This document shows, piece by piece, positions 1 through 14,255 of a stretch of 64,000 nucleotides of DNA. Source of the DNA: Bugula neritina (lineage: Eukaryota; Animalia; Bryozoa); the NCBI GenBank assembly GCA_964035545.1, contig OZ037766.1, forward strand, positions 27,139,673-27,203,672, given 5' to 3'. Numbering within the stretch: position 1 is the first letter of the stretch; the number at the start of each line of letters is the position of its first letter. The notes under the pieces were generated by a model. The model made no database searches. It was not told the DNA's origin and was given only the letters and a program-made list of their open reading frames with translations. The translations under genes and the position numbers were made by a program.

Positions 1-374
1 AGCCCATTTACTGCACCTTTATTGCATTGAAAATAATTAATAATTATTGTATACAAAGATATAGCATATTGTCTGAAAGCATTAATGACGTGGCAAAACA
101 CCAAGCATCATCAAACAATCACCAACAGTTAAGTATATCAGTTTCCTATTACTAATACTTTGAAGTCACTGAAGCTGATGTCACTAGCACTAAACAAATA
201 TAAACACTTGAAATAAGAAATGCAGGTGTAAATATTTCCTACACTGCCTTTACATCTTGCTTTCAGTTGGAATAATTAATTATAACACTAACCAAATTCT
301 TTTGTTCCATAACATAGTTGTTGCTAAAAATAACTTCTAATGACTTTAATAGACTCACACAAGTTTATAGTAGC

Positions 375-565
375 TATCTTTGTGAGAAACTCTTGATAAA
401 AAGGGTTTTTGTGAAAGCAGGCTAAGGACTTAAATTTAAATAAGGCACAAGAACAATTATGACTGGATGCTCTTCCTAACATCGCCAATGGCCTTTGTCA
501 GGGCTAGAACCTATGACCTCGTGTTAACTAGGCAAACGCTCTAACCCCTAGACCACTGGTGCTCC
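375..565 (-). mobile_element. tRNA-derived SINE, copy 1 of a family with 3 copies in the window
   Basis: The reverse complement has a tRNA-like head (TGGTCTAGGGG A-box-like, GGTTCTAGCCC B-box-like) and a core GATGTTAGGAAGAGCATCCAGTCATAATTG shared with 28815-28950 and 33630-33835. Confidence 0.75.
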
Positions 566-3500
566 TATATCAATCTACATAGAACCATGTTTATTAAAAA
601 CTCATTAGGTATAGATCAAATGGCTAACAAATATTTTGCATATTTTACACATTAACAAGTTTTATATTTGAACTGACTTTTACTAATTGAATTCATCTAA
701 CTCTAAAATGGCTTTGTGATGAAAAAATGATATAACAATTTTTCATTTAATAGCACTTTACAAACTGAGTTGTCTTTTAAAAAAACAATCAGAAAAAATC
801 ATATTACCTTATTTCAATTAAATTTATAGCAGCTGGAGTTGTCTGCATCCACTCACTTCAAAGTCTGGGAAAATCAAATGAGTAATAGAGGCCATGCATA
901 ATTCTAATAACAATTTCAAAGTAAAAATCTCACAAAATTATTTTTAGCTCATAGAATGCATTTGGACTTTGCAGATGGAGTCAAAAACTTTTGAATATTA
1001 TGACCTCAATTTTCAACATTTTCTTTTTTTTGCTTCTACACTTCTTGCATGTGTTTTCTATTCTAGGCTTATCATCGTTGGTTAAGAGTTATATTATGGT
1101 CTTCTGTATAATTAAATAATAACAGAGTTTACTTTCTAAAAAATGTACTCTGAATCACCATTACATTCAGTTTTAGAAACACATCCGCAATAGATTGATA
1201 ATATTCTTATAAAGGTAGCAAACAAATTGTGAGAAAAATAAACAAATTAAGTTTAAAAATAGTTTGTTTTAAAATCCTTTCTAATTATAAAAGCTTGATT
1301 GGCCAAAACTCATCAAATTTTAATTAAGATACAAGCAATGGAATATAATACAGTGCACATTTGTAAGAATTTGCTAATTTTAGCAAACTAGTAGCTAAAA
1401 ATAGCCATTTTGCAATCAATAACTGGTAAGTTTCCCACTATTATACATTATTTAACATTAACATCATTATACATCATACAATACTATTCTAGAACATTGT
1501 TATAGCTGATGTAAATTAGTGACGTGATTCATAGAATCGTGACCTTGTTTTGATTGCACATAATGCATAATGACCTGCATTGAGGTGAATTGAAGCAAAA
1601 ATATAACTGCTTGTAAAATAAATGAGTAGGAAGAAAACCACAAGTTAATTGTTATTTCATTCAGGTTTTTGTCAGATTCAATTTGTACTTACACTGTTAC
1701 ATCACACCCTATCTTGAAGTTGAAATTTAAAAATGCTAATGTGAGTTGTAACTCCTATAGTTGTATGTAATAGATTATATTAACTTAATGATTAATGAAT
1801 CTATTTATTGACATTTCCTAAAAACTAAAATGATATATATATTAAGTTGTCTCAATTACATTCCATTTATTTTCTGATATATATATATATATATTATTAT
1901 CAAAAGAAGTTTACTGCAACCATTACGTTTGAATCATACCTTTTCCAATAAATTGAAAATAAATCACACAGAACGTTATGCCTATTAGAGCACCTACTGA
2001 TCACTGGATAACATAATAGATGTAATTTTAGGTTATTTTAGACACAATTTATTATTTGTGTGTCAATCAATTTGTCATGGTGACAGAAGATATGCTTTGA
2101 GGTTGCTTTGTATTCTGTAAATCAACCTTGTATGCCTTACAATAGCTGCCAAAGATAACTTTAAAAACCAGCTTCTCTCTCTGAACGTACGAAAAGCTCA
2201 GACTTCCACAGTGTTGCTACAAATAGGTAGCAATAGCATAGCGTATTATAACTTTATATCATATAAATGAGTCATAAAATAGAGAGTTTTGTTTAACTGG
2301 TTCTTTGTTTCCAAGAATGTATACATGTGTGCGACTTGTGTTATAATTTATTTATAGACAGACATATACACTATTCAGTACCAACGCCTACTTATGTTAG
2401 CATACCTTCATTATTGTACTGAGAAGTTTTCTATCGCTTTATATTCAAAAGTGTGAGTTGAAAAAAGCTTATGTGCGTTGTAGATAGCTCAATGGTTATA
2501 TAGTGGCAAATATAACAACCTAGAATTTAATCTGTCAACCCTGAGAACTAAATTCTAAGCCACCAACTACATATGAATATGTACTGTATATTTTTGTTGC
2601 TATAATTACAACTATAGTTTTAATATTTGTAGTTTAAGCCATTTACTTTCTTGGTTTGTTTGTACACAACCAAAGCTTCATTTGTTTTGCATCACATTGT
2701 AGTCATTGTAGTTGACTTTATGTATAGTAAAATTATTGTAACATGAAAACCAGCTAATTTGGTACGCATATTAATCATATATAGAACAGGATTTTTGTAT
2801 TTCCTATTCACATTAGAAGATTAGAAGTTTGGGGTCACACCCAAACTATTAATTCATCATCTACTGAAAACTTTTAAATATAATTTAGTTCTTATAGATT
2901 CTATCACTAACACATCATAGTCAAGTGTTTTGTCATAACCTTCAACTTGTAAGATCAATTTCAAACATCATTGTGTCATTTAATGACGTATAACCATCTT
3001 TGCTATCAGTGAATGATGTGTGTTATTCTTTATTGCTTATCTATATTTTATTGTTTGTATGTCATCTTGCCTTGGCTTTGTTGTGAAACTTTTCAACACC
3101 TCTGTGTGAGATGAAACACATTTTTTTATTAAACATTTATATGCTGTGACCTAATGCTTTATTACTCAACTTAAACAAGCCATGCTTTGCTATTATATTA
3201 TGTCCTTTGATGCACTATTAATTGCTTGTTTTTGTTTTTGTTTGTCTTAAATTTAGTTGCACAATTTGTGAGTATAAAGAAGAAGAGTTGGCAATTGAAA
3301 GACTTGTCAACATGTTCAAAAGCAGATGCAGCAATCTTTCAAACAAAAAGTTTGAACTATTTTAAGGAGTGCGCTGTTAAAAATAGAGGTACAAAACTGT
3401 ATTGTATTCTTCTTGACCTCACCAAAAAGTTCCTTTTGTATTAAACTGTCTTAAATTTTAATAGTTTTAGTCTAGATTCAACTCTGCACAGTAGAGTTTA

Positions 3501-6500
3501 ACTGTATTACCTTTCATTTTGTAAATATTTCGTTGCATTGCATATATTTCGAATACTGCATTGAAGGTTACTCTAAGTACTTGTTCAAATCATTAGTATG
3601 ATTGTGTCTTAATGCTACCAGTTAGTGCAACAATGTTACATTATATAATACAATGAGTTAGCATATTATTATTGTGTAGTTTTTCTTTATAATTTGTTCC
3701 AACAGTTGCTAATCTTCATTTCATACAGAAAAGGTGCTCTGTACTACAGGCTGCTCCTGTGAATATTTGGACACAGATCAAATATAACAAACATTCCGTA
3801 CAGCTATAGGTTGAATTCCGTGAATTGTTCTAGCCTATAATCTAAAAACAGTTTTGTCCACCGTAGGATAAAAGAATTGATATACATGATTGGTTAAAGC
3901 ATTTGAATATTCAACAACTATGCAGTATGTTCACAATAAAGCCATGTTATATCCGATCACATCACGCAATGATGTGTTTGTATAGAACACGTGATGCATG
4001 GCTTATTTGGTAGGGTCAAACAGAATAGCAATAGCATGAAGTGTAACAGCTCACACCTACATATATAAATATACACAATATATATAGTTCAGAGACTATG
4101 TGAAAAGTGTGTATATTACATGTTCAAGTCTCCAGTAAGAGTGTTGACTGCTGTAGTCTGAATTCGACCTGCTTAACTAAAAGCTCATATTTTTTCAGGT
4201 GAGTCCAAAGTGAATTTATCTATGATCACTTTTTGTTAAATAATAGAATTCCTCTACTTTTATATTTATATAGTATCTTTGTATGAATGTATTTGTGGTC
4301 TGGCAGTTAGGGCCCCTTACTTAGGGTGTCATTAGCTTGAACTTCTTGCAGGGCTATTTGTCACGCCAAGACAAGTTTTTTTGAACATAGTTGCTCCGGT
4401 GTCTCTTACAAAGTGTTTAAACCATGCTGCTAGTTTGGAGGCAGACTAACTTCTTAGTCAACTAATTAAAGTCTGTTTTCATGGTGGCTCTTAGAAGAGC
4501 AGAAATAATAATCAGATGTAATTTTGTACTTACATATGTAGTTGTACTTGAGCCTCGAATATAATTTTACAAGAATGAGTAACACAAACAGGCTTATACA
4601 AAAATGTACCTAATTTAGTTTTGAGTTTACAGAATAGATTTAATTCATGTTTGGCATAACCTAACCTTTACTCTTATGAGAAGTATAATTATTAACACTA
4701 TCCTTTTTACTTAGTGATAGTTACAAGAATAATCTATCCCCTTCTTTACATACATATGCATGCTAAGTAGCAGCGAAAGTTGGTGAGAACCTGGTAATTT
4801 CAAGCGGGAGGTCTGTAGAAAGTTTTGGTTTTCAGCTTCATGTAACAGCACTACTCAACAGCAATAAATACAAAAATAGGTATTTTAGGCAATTTCTGAC
4901 ATTCTAGATAGACTTGCTATAAGCATCCAATCTGCACCCTGTGTTTTAAGATCATGTTAAAAAATTATGAAGGTTTTAGCTTTGATCAGCCATTGTTATT
5001 GCTGTTGAACGTTATCAAAAATGTCGCTACACTGTAGTCTATATAATCTTTGCATATTAGTATAGCAATAAGATGGGCAGAAGGCTCAAACACTTCACCA
5101 TCTAGCTTCTAGTCTTGTCTCTTATCATCTACAGGACCAGGTAGCATAATTCATGAAGCCTGAAGTTTAGTGTCAATTCAAAATGTACATAATATAGTAT
5201 TGTTATATGCTTACATGTATATAAAATTACTAACAATACTTTGCTGAATGTTGGAGTTTTGCAGCCTTTTAGCCTATGTATTTTTTGCCTTTTTCTTATG
5301 GATGCATGCATGCATATATGTGCATACTACAGCTCACTAATTTTCTATATCACATATAAAGTAGCAACATCTCTTTATCCATGCATCTACTCAAAATGGT
5401 ATCAAATCACAACTCAAGTTGTTAATTGAAATATTTAATTGATTTTAACTAATTTATTCAAGTTGTTTACTACAGGATGCTGTATATTCTAAGTCTTTTC
5501 AGGCCCTTAAAATTTTATTAAATAGCAATTATATTATCAACTAATAATATAATTAGCAGACTGAGTAGAATTAGCAGGTGCTTGAAAGCGTGTTCTAGCC
5601 CTTCAGCGAATTAACCTATACGCCTTTCTGAATTACGCATACAGACTTGAGTCAGAGAGAAATGAGTTTATTACTTTTTATACGAGTATTGTGAGTATAA
5701 GAGCTAACTGTTAATAAATCTCGAGCAGGACAATGCATTGTAATCAGCTCATTTGAGTTGTTAAATTCCAAGTAGAGATGTAATCCTCTCTTACTATGTT
5801 TATATTGCTCTCATAAATGTTATTACGTTGAGTATTAATTCACTACTATAAGTCTCTACGCTATAAGACTCTAAAAAAAATGAGAGTTGAAGAGTGAGCA
5901 TAATATACATGTTGAACACTAAACAAACAATATCTACACATCTTTTAATCTAACAAAGACATGCACCTTTTTTTTTGTCTGACAATGAAATAATATTTCT
6001 TTCAGTGATCGCATGATATTTAGAATATGATGTGATAAAGCTTGCAATTAATGTTGAATGTACAACGCAATAATTATAGCAAGGGAACTTGTTGTTGTTT
6101 GCCTAATTTTGAATACAAAGTAGAAAGTGGTTTTTAGTCTGTGCACTCTTTCCTTTAATTATTATAATTATATGCATAAACCATATTATATATATGCTTA
6201 GTTCAATGTGTTGTCATAGCGAAACGCCAGTGTTAGTTTCAACTTTTCAGTGTGCTAATCAATTTCTACATTGATATTATCTTTTCACAGGCGGAACAAA
6301 AGTAAACAATAACCTGTATAGTCACAAAAACAGAATGAAATGAATTATCAGCATTTTTGCAAATTTCAAAGAATAAAAATACATTGCATTCTTAGAAGCT
6401 TGATTCTTGATTCTTTTATTGACATGAATAGAATTTTAGTCTGGAATAAACTACTATTGTTTGCCGTTTGTGTAGAATATAATGTGTCATTTTAACCAAA

Positions 6501-9500
6501 TTTGCTTTGAAATTTAATTAAAAGTATTTATTGTGAACAACTAAAATTTGTTTGCTTTGAAAGCTCTTAGTTTAAATATTGACATTGCAGTTGAAATGAA
6601 TTTGTAAAGTGTAGTGCTAATATTGACTTTTATGTATATCACTGTCAGAACAACCAAACATCTTAATGCTTGAATGATTGCTTTCCAGTCTTATCTTTAG
6701 AGTTTCTGCAGTTTTTTTTATTCTCATGATCACATGCTGAACATCAAGTGTATAATTAAAGTTTGATTTAGATTGTTGTGTACAAATTCATATCACAAGT
6801 TATACTTAATTTTTTAATTTATTCAAGCTAACTTCCTTAGTTGTGTATCATATTGCATGACTTTCATTGTTCAGAAAGACTACTTCAAAATTACTAAATT
6901 GGTAAGCATTACATTATTATGGTATATATTTAGCTTTAAGGTTTCAATGAAAAATACTCTTTTGACAACCAATGTAAACACTGTGCTTTTCTCATACAAA
7001 TGAGTGCTTAAAGCAAGTTTTAATGGCAAAATTTCTTTTTAAATCAAAAATTAGAAATCATGTTAATTCTTTCCAATGAAAACAACCTTTAGAATCGCCT
7101 ACATTATTTTTATTTATTTCTATCATAGGGTTTCTGAAGAGATCGATTAGTTGATACACATAATGAAATCCTGAGAGATCTTTTTGTTGTTTTGTGGCTA
7201 TAGTCTGCTGTTGTCTCCAGTTTCTCTCTTGTGAATTAATCGCCCACAATAAGCCAAAAGGGAAAATGATTTCCAGGATTTATGACGTCGTTTGTATAGC
7301 GACATGTTAGACTGAAAGAAATCAGTGGTGGTTATATTCACTTACTTTTGCTATAGCAACTTGATACGTATAAATGCAAAGTGGACAGATCTATTCTAAA
7401 AGCAATTGAATCTTTGAAATAGTTTTAACTAACCGATGCTACTTTAGCAGAATTACACAACTGCAAAAAGAAAAAGCAGAACTTATATAGTGCAAATAAA
7501 AATACACATTATTTGAATTAATTAATGTGCATTGTCATATGGTATTGCACAGATGGTATGCCTAGTTTTATACTTTTGTAACTGTATATTCCAGGCTTTC
7601 ATTATTCACATAAAAAGAATATATTTCTATCGTATCTTAGTTCTTAGTTTTTCTCAAGGCTATTTTGTCCTCAGAAATATGAGCTCTAAAGTGATATAGA
7701 TATCATCGTAAACTATGCAATGTGCAGCAACTGTAGAGAACTGGCAGTTACATCTCTACCATGTCAAAAGTTCTTACTATAAGACATGCACGGTGGGTTA
7801 TACTAGAGCATTGCTTTTCAAGTTGGCACTTGTTCAAAGTTTGGAAAATATTTTACCTAAATTGGCAAGTGAATGCACTGCTAATGATAATTATAGATTC
7901 ATTTAACTGCCTGGCTATCATTTTTATAGCCTGGAATTGGATCCCACCAAATTCAAGGAACAAATCTAGTTACTAGCAATTTAGCTTCAATAGATTCAAA
8001 GTTTATACTACAAAAATATAGAAGAAGCAATTATACATCTGTTAGCAAGAAGCTTGTAAGTAGGTAAATAAAAGTTTTAGTAAGATTAATCTGATTTATT
8101 ATTAATATAAAACACAATTATTTAATTGATTGATTTTTATGATTTGCATTTTAGTAAAATCCGCTTTGATCAAATATTTTATATAAACATAATAACTGGT
8201 TCACAAACGCTTATGTCATGGCATTGTTTAGTATTCTGGTTATTAAAATTAGTTGAAATTCCAGCTAAAAGGTACTTGAAACTGTTAAAGATAGGAATTG
8301 GTAAAATGGAAGATGTTATAGTTGTTATTGATGCAGTTTATAACCTGGCGTTCAAATTTAATGATGGGTGAAATATATTCATAACTTCAACTACTAGCAA
8401 ACTATAGCAAAAACACATCACATTAATCATATGTGCATAATTTAACCAAGTTATTTTACCAGACACACTGTGGACTAAGTAGTATTCATTCCATTCAGTT
8501 CAAAATTTGAATGGTAAATCTGAATCAGTTATTTCTCTTTTTTGCATAGTGCATAAAGGTGAATTTATTATTATTTTAACTGTTTGTTTAAGCTAGGTAA
8601 AACATTCGAAAAGTTGTTGTAAATTTTCTGCTTTTGCAATTGCAGTCTGAAAAGGTATAAATAGCGTTTATTTCTTCAGAAATTGCAGCTATGCAGAGTT
8701 TAACTAGTACTCATTCTGTACCACACCCTCTATTAGAAATATCCTTTTAAATTTGTGATTGGGTGGGCGTAGCTAAACATGTCATTTAAACAAAATATTG
8801 CAGTGCAAACTTTCAATGAATTTTTTATAGCATGTGCATGGTACAGCGTGCAAAACGTAAACTTGCACTAGCTGACATGACTGCCCGATAACTGCATGTG
8901 AAAAAACACTAGTCATATTGTAATCAAACAAACAATATAACTTATCAAAGAAGTCCAGTCATTATATTGTGCTAAGGCATTGAGAGACAATTGTATTTGG
9001 TTAATTTGATAGTTAAACCAACAATAGCAGTTCTCATGTAGACTTTGTTAAATTTATCATTAGCTGTGCTCTAAACTGTGAGTATTTTGTTTCATCGGAA
9101 AACAGTTGCTACAACAAAAGTAAGTTTTAAAGTTCTTCTAATACTTAGGCACTATTCTATAATTAGAAACCTTGAGAATATATTGATTTTATCAGATTTA
9201 CACCAGAAAGCATCTGCTTAATGACGTAGAAATGCAACAAATGCTTTAAGGATAAACTAAGCTATATAGCTACAATGCTATGTAAGGCAACTTTTAAACA
9301 TCTTATCGCCCCTAAAAACCTTTCTTACATCCATCTGGGTACAATTACAGAGAGCCAGGTTACAGACTTCAAATAGCATGTTCCATGTAATAAGTTAAAG
9401 GCTACAAGTTCCCAAGTATTGTCGAATTTGAAAAGTTTTAGACAGTAATTTTTTTAAAATGCTGTTTATAAACTCTGCTTTAGCCATTTAGTTTGTTGGT

Positions 9501-10061
9501 TTGGAATATGTTTTCCTTTTGCTACTTAACATAATTGTTGTTCACAGAAGTTCCAATGCGATATAATAGTGAATGCATGCTGCATTATTATGTTTTATAG
9601 CATTATGATTAGGCTACAATAAACTACACCATCTACACTGTTTCAATCATTACTAACTGTTACAAGTAACTTAATGTAACGTTTATATAACTAAACATTT
9701 TCTCAAAGTACACGAAACACTAGCAAGCTCGTCAGTTGTCAAAACAATTTATTTTTGCTTAACGTTTTATATAAGAGTTTACGTTTTGATAGGCACTGCA
9801 TATACTACAATAACTATATAGTGGTTATATAAGTGTGTAATAATTAGTAGCATGTGCCTCCGTTTGAAAATTTGTTCTCTATATAATGCAGGTTTTATAC
9901 ATACATGTATATATACTTGTTTTGATAGTTAAAATACTGTATTCAAAAATTTTACTCTTGGGATTTTAGATATTGAGGCATCGAGGTGAAGCTAGTTTTA
10001 AGCTAGTCTATCAAGAAAAGAAAAGGATATTTAGAAAAGAGATTAGCATTAAAGATTGACG

Positions 10062-12721
10062 ATGGGACTGTATAACTTTCTCCCTATTCTATCTACTGTA
10101 TTATTCGTCAATCTCAGTCTATCTTTAGCTGCCCCTGTATCAGGTAAACTATTGTTTTTACATAAATCATTACATTGATAATAGCTCTCCCTTAGCACTT
10201 AGCACTTTCATATCCTTATACTGTACATACCTATACCGATACCTACGCCTATGCTTATACCTATAGGTTGGATCATTATACTGTAATATCGAAAATTAAA
10301 GATTTGCAATTGTGTTGAAAAATTTAATACAATGCAAAAATATCAAATGTGATTCCATATATTTTATTTTCTAAGCCTTTATATTGAGAGAAGATAATTA
10401 CAAATAACTTACCACAAGCTTTTTAATTAGACATTTGAGATACAATAATAATATTATAATATGTGTATATATCTAGGTTTAAATGGCATAATTACAAAAG
10501 ACACAACTACAATTATAGGGCTAGAGGAGTTTAACTTGAAATTTGAACAGTATGTTTTATACAATGTTGCAATATTTTACAGATTTTGAATGCAGTGGTA
10601 CACTAGTAGAATGTTTGTACCAGAAACTAAGATCTGCATCAACTACAGCATCTCCTGCCCCTAACGCAGAAGATATGAAAAGAATGTTGAGCAGACATGG
10701 TAAACGAACAGAGCCACTTCTCCCAGTGAGTAGCTGTGCTATGTAATAATCACATTAATGAATGTGGTGGCAGCTGCAGCAATATATAGCAGTAAATGTA
10801 GCGCAGCAGTAGTACTTGCAGCAGCACTATTATTTCATTGTAAGACCAGCTAGGAGTGGTAATAGTAGCAAAAGTAGCTTAGATTTAAAGAGTTTGCTAT
10901 AGTTATATAAGCACTTTCTCTATTGATGATCTCTTACCTCACCATTAGTTTGCTAAAATGTCTATAAGTAGAAAACTTATAAACCTCATGCAATATTTTA
11001 TGCAATATTCAAAGATACTTGAATAAAGATTTCTTCAAGCTTGCTTGGCTGATAAAACCAACTTGTAAATTTGAATAGAAATTGTCTACTTTTAGACTGC
11101 TGGTTCATTAGCTGGTGAAGTAGGCACTCAGGAAGCAACGCTCGAAGGTCTGCTACAAAAGCTGGAAGAAGTAAAAGAAAAACTTAAAAAAGTCCAGGTA
11201 CTACATCACTCATTGAAACAGGATCAGTTTGGAATTTAAGCAGTACTTATTTTTATCATCTTTGATAATTTTCAAAGTCTAATTAAAACCATAATTAACG
11301 ACATAATTGCATCAGATATTTTTAATTGTTGATATTACATTTACTAATAACAGCGGTTGTTTTATTCAACTAGAAAATATTTATTTTTGTAAATAAATAA
11401 AGTATTTGCACTCTTAGTCACTACAACTTACAAATAGCTTCTGGAATTATCTTCTATTACTTTTCCAATTACTGTTAAGCTTTTGAATTAGTATTACCAT
11501 GTTCATTTAAACTGATTGCATAGTACCAACATATACGCAAGTATAATAACAACTTTTTGGTAAGAAGTTCACTGTTAATTACCCATCATATATTCTAGAT
11601 CTTTAAAAAAAATAAAACTCATTGTTCAAACGTTTCTAGGATGGTTCAAGCGTGGTAGATGTAACCTCACCAACAACAGCAAAAGATGATAACTCCGAAA
11701 ATGATTCAGCTCTGCAGAAAATAAAAGGTACAGTGAGTGACTGCATGCAATAATAGCCATACAATTTTTGTTCTCAATCAAAGTTAACATACATATTGAT
11801 TATGCATCTAAGTTCCAACAATTTTATTGTTTCCTATATACAAAATTTAATTAATAATGAAATGAGATTTCATAAAACAATATACATTGTAGTATATAAT
11901 TTGATGAATTTAATGATAAGTTCGTTATTAGATATTACTTTTTATTGATTGTTATGTGTCGAGAGACAACTATGCAGTGCAATTGCCAACACATGAAAAT
12001 TATTAAGCAATTCCCAAATTAAAAAATACATATATGTATTATATAGTTGAATTGCCTTACCTATTAGTTTATTTTTTATATACTTTTGTTTACCTGCACA
12101 CTTCGTGCAGTTCTTTTTTTTTATTGGAATCTAGTTTGAAAAATTAGTTAAATTGCTCAATATGTTCGATAATTAGCTTTAGTAACTAAAACATAGGCAT
12201 TATACACTATCCTTGACCTTGGCTATGTCAACATTACATGTCTAAAATATAACAGTTCGAAAAATCACATTTATGTTTATGTACCAGCCGTTTATTTTTA
12301 TTTAATAACCCCATCAATAAAATAGTTTTTCAACTTAATATACTTTTGTTTAAATTAATCTTATTTTATTTAAACAGCATATATTTTTGTAGATGACATT
12401 GACAATATTCTAGCAGAAATGAACAGAAAATCAACAAAAGTGTTGACTACCACAGAAACGGCAGCCACCCCCACGAAGACTGACAAACTTCAGTTGCTGT
12501 CAAGAAAGTTAGCAGAGTTAGACCAGAGGGATCAAAGAGAGCAAGAGATGACAACTCCCTCAGCAAATAGCTCTACAGAAACACTTAATAATATTGTATA
12601 CAGAATGCAAGGACAAGTAGAGGCAATAACAGACATTGTTAATAAGCTTATAGTAGTAAATAAATTAGCTTATGTTGATTTAAAACAGAGGATTGATGCC
12701 ATTAGCATACAACCTAGGTAA
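10062..12721 (+). CDS. Secreted protein of unknown function (~247 aa, 5 exons): signal peptide, short amphipathic helices separated by Thr/Ser/Pro-rich linkers, possible prohormone cassette
   Basis: Exons 10062-10143, 10583-10725, 11096-11197, 11640-11727, 12393-12721; all GT-AG and phase-consistent (744 nt). N-terminus MGLYNFLPILSTVLFVNLSLSLA-APVS; helices TLVECLYQKL, TLEGLLQKLEEVKEKLKKV, ALQKIKDDIDNILAEM, DKLQLLSRKLAEL, TLNNIVYRMQGQVEAI. Confidence 0.8.
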
Positions 12722-13732
12722 TTGATTAAGGTATTTATAATTATTAATAACAATAACGATCATTTGATGTAATATGTTATATATTTAGTGCATCTCATAA
12801 TATTATAAATTGCATTTGATTTGTTGCATACAAATTAAACAAAAGGACTTAAGACACTTTTTCTTCAAAGCAGTATCAATTTCTATCAATTTTCATGGAA
12901 ATATCTTCATGTTTCTTTTACAGTTAAAGCTTGCAATATTATAGCTAGCTGCACTATTTGACCCAGACATAAACATTTTCAAACAGAAAAAAAGTTTAAT
13001 CAAACTGTTTGAAGATTCCCTTTAGAGTTTATAAGTTCAGTTTTTGATTATAAATAGTTGTTTTAAATATTATTATGTAAAGAAGTGTTCTCTTACATTA
13101 TTTTTGTTGTTGATAGGTTTTGTTGTATATTGTATAGTAATTTCCAAGAGCATTTAATAATTGCAATGCTTGCAATCTATTTATAAACAAAAAATTTCCG
13201 ATTTTTTGAATTGAGTATTTTATTTTAAAATGTTTAGACTGCAATGCTAGTGTGTAATAATTGCTTTTAAAATTGTATGAGTAAATAATACATGCAGGGC
13301 GAAACTCTTGCTGAAAATAATATTAGAACCTAAGTTTACTATAGCAATAAACTTCTCAATTTATACAAGTTCCTGCTTATAACCACACTTCAATACTGTA
13401 TTGTGTAACTATCAAAACATTACAATCTAGACATTATATCACTATAATATTTTCATTGGTACGTATAGTGTTGATGAATCACAATAATTGAGTTTATAAG
13501 TTGAAGTTTCACTAATTACACAAAGCAGCAATATAAAACTTACAATGACTATAAGTTTTCAAAACTCTTATAATTAAATTGTGCATTTGAGCAAAAAGTA
13601 AAAATAATCACTATTTTAATAGACCCTTTTCAAAGGTTTCCCATATCCCCCCCCCTTGCAATTAAGGGTTGTGTCTTCCCAAAATAAAAATTGTTGAATA
13701 AAATATACTTGAACGCATTTTTGTGGTTTTGC

Positions 13733-14255
13733 TAATTCCAAATAAAGTCAGTACTATTACTAGTAACATGTTTTCCTGCAACATTCTAGTACTCTACTAA
13801 ATATATACTGACTGTCCATGAACTACAAAAACAGAAGGAAAAGTATGCAATTGCTAGTAGCACATATCTTACTAAATGTTGTTTATTACTGTGAAATACA
13901 TTCATGTGTCATATTGTGTTAAATGTGATGGATATGTTGACAGTAGTGTTATAACTCAAATTGATTATACTTGTTTAGTAAGCAATGGGACTGAAAATGT
14001 TTTCAAAGAATTTGATATCAGATTATTGATAATAGCTAAATGATATTTTTCATAACATGAACTGTGATTAACAAGTATTTGTACACTGAATGCTATAATG
14101 CATTATACTAAAACTTTAGATGCTTCCATAAGAAGCAGTAAAAAAAGATTTTGGTGTTGAAAAATTGTGTCTAGTTCATCTCAAGTCTCAATCACTAGCA
14201 CCACCAAAGCTGCCACCACAAGACTGACAAACATATGATTTTAGCATATTTGCAG
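13733..14255 (+). repeat. Left arm of a ~500 bp diverged inverted repeat (partner ~16000-16469)
   Basis: AAGTCAGTACTATTACTAGTAA...CTGCAACATTCTAGTACTCTACTAAATAT...GACAGTAGTGTTATAACTCAAATTGATTATACTTGTTTAGTAAGCAATG matches the reverse complement of the 16.0-16.47 kb segment, with substitutions and a ~30 bp indel. Confidence 0.85.

Noticed and set aside
1-10000. Short ORFs (3226-3444, 5129-5429, 7058-7249, 7715-7976, 8126-8371)
   Set aside because: No recognisable motifs, AT-biased composition and no phase-consistent splice chains; treated as intergenic or intronic DNA.
14195-14232. Similarity to the last exon of the secreted gene (…GCCACC…AAGACTGACAAAC)
   Set aside because: A short match that lies inside the inverted-repeat arm; the reading frame does not extend.
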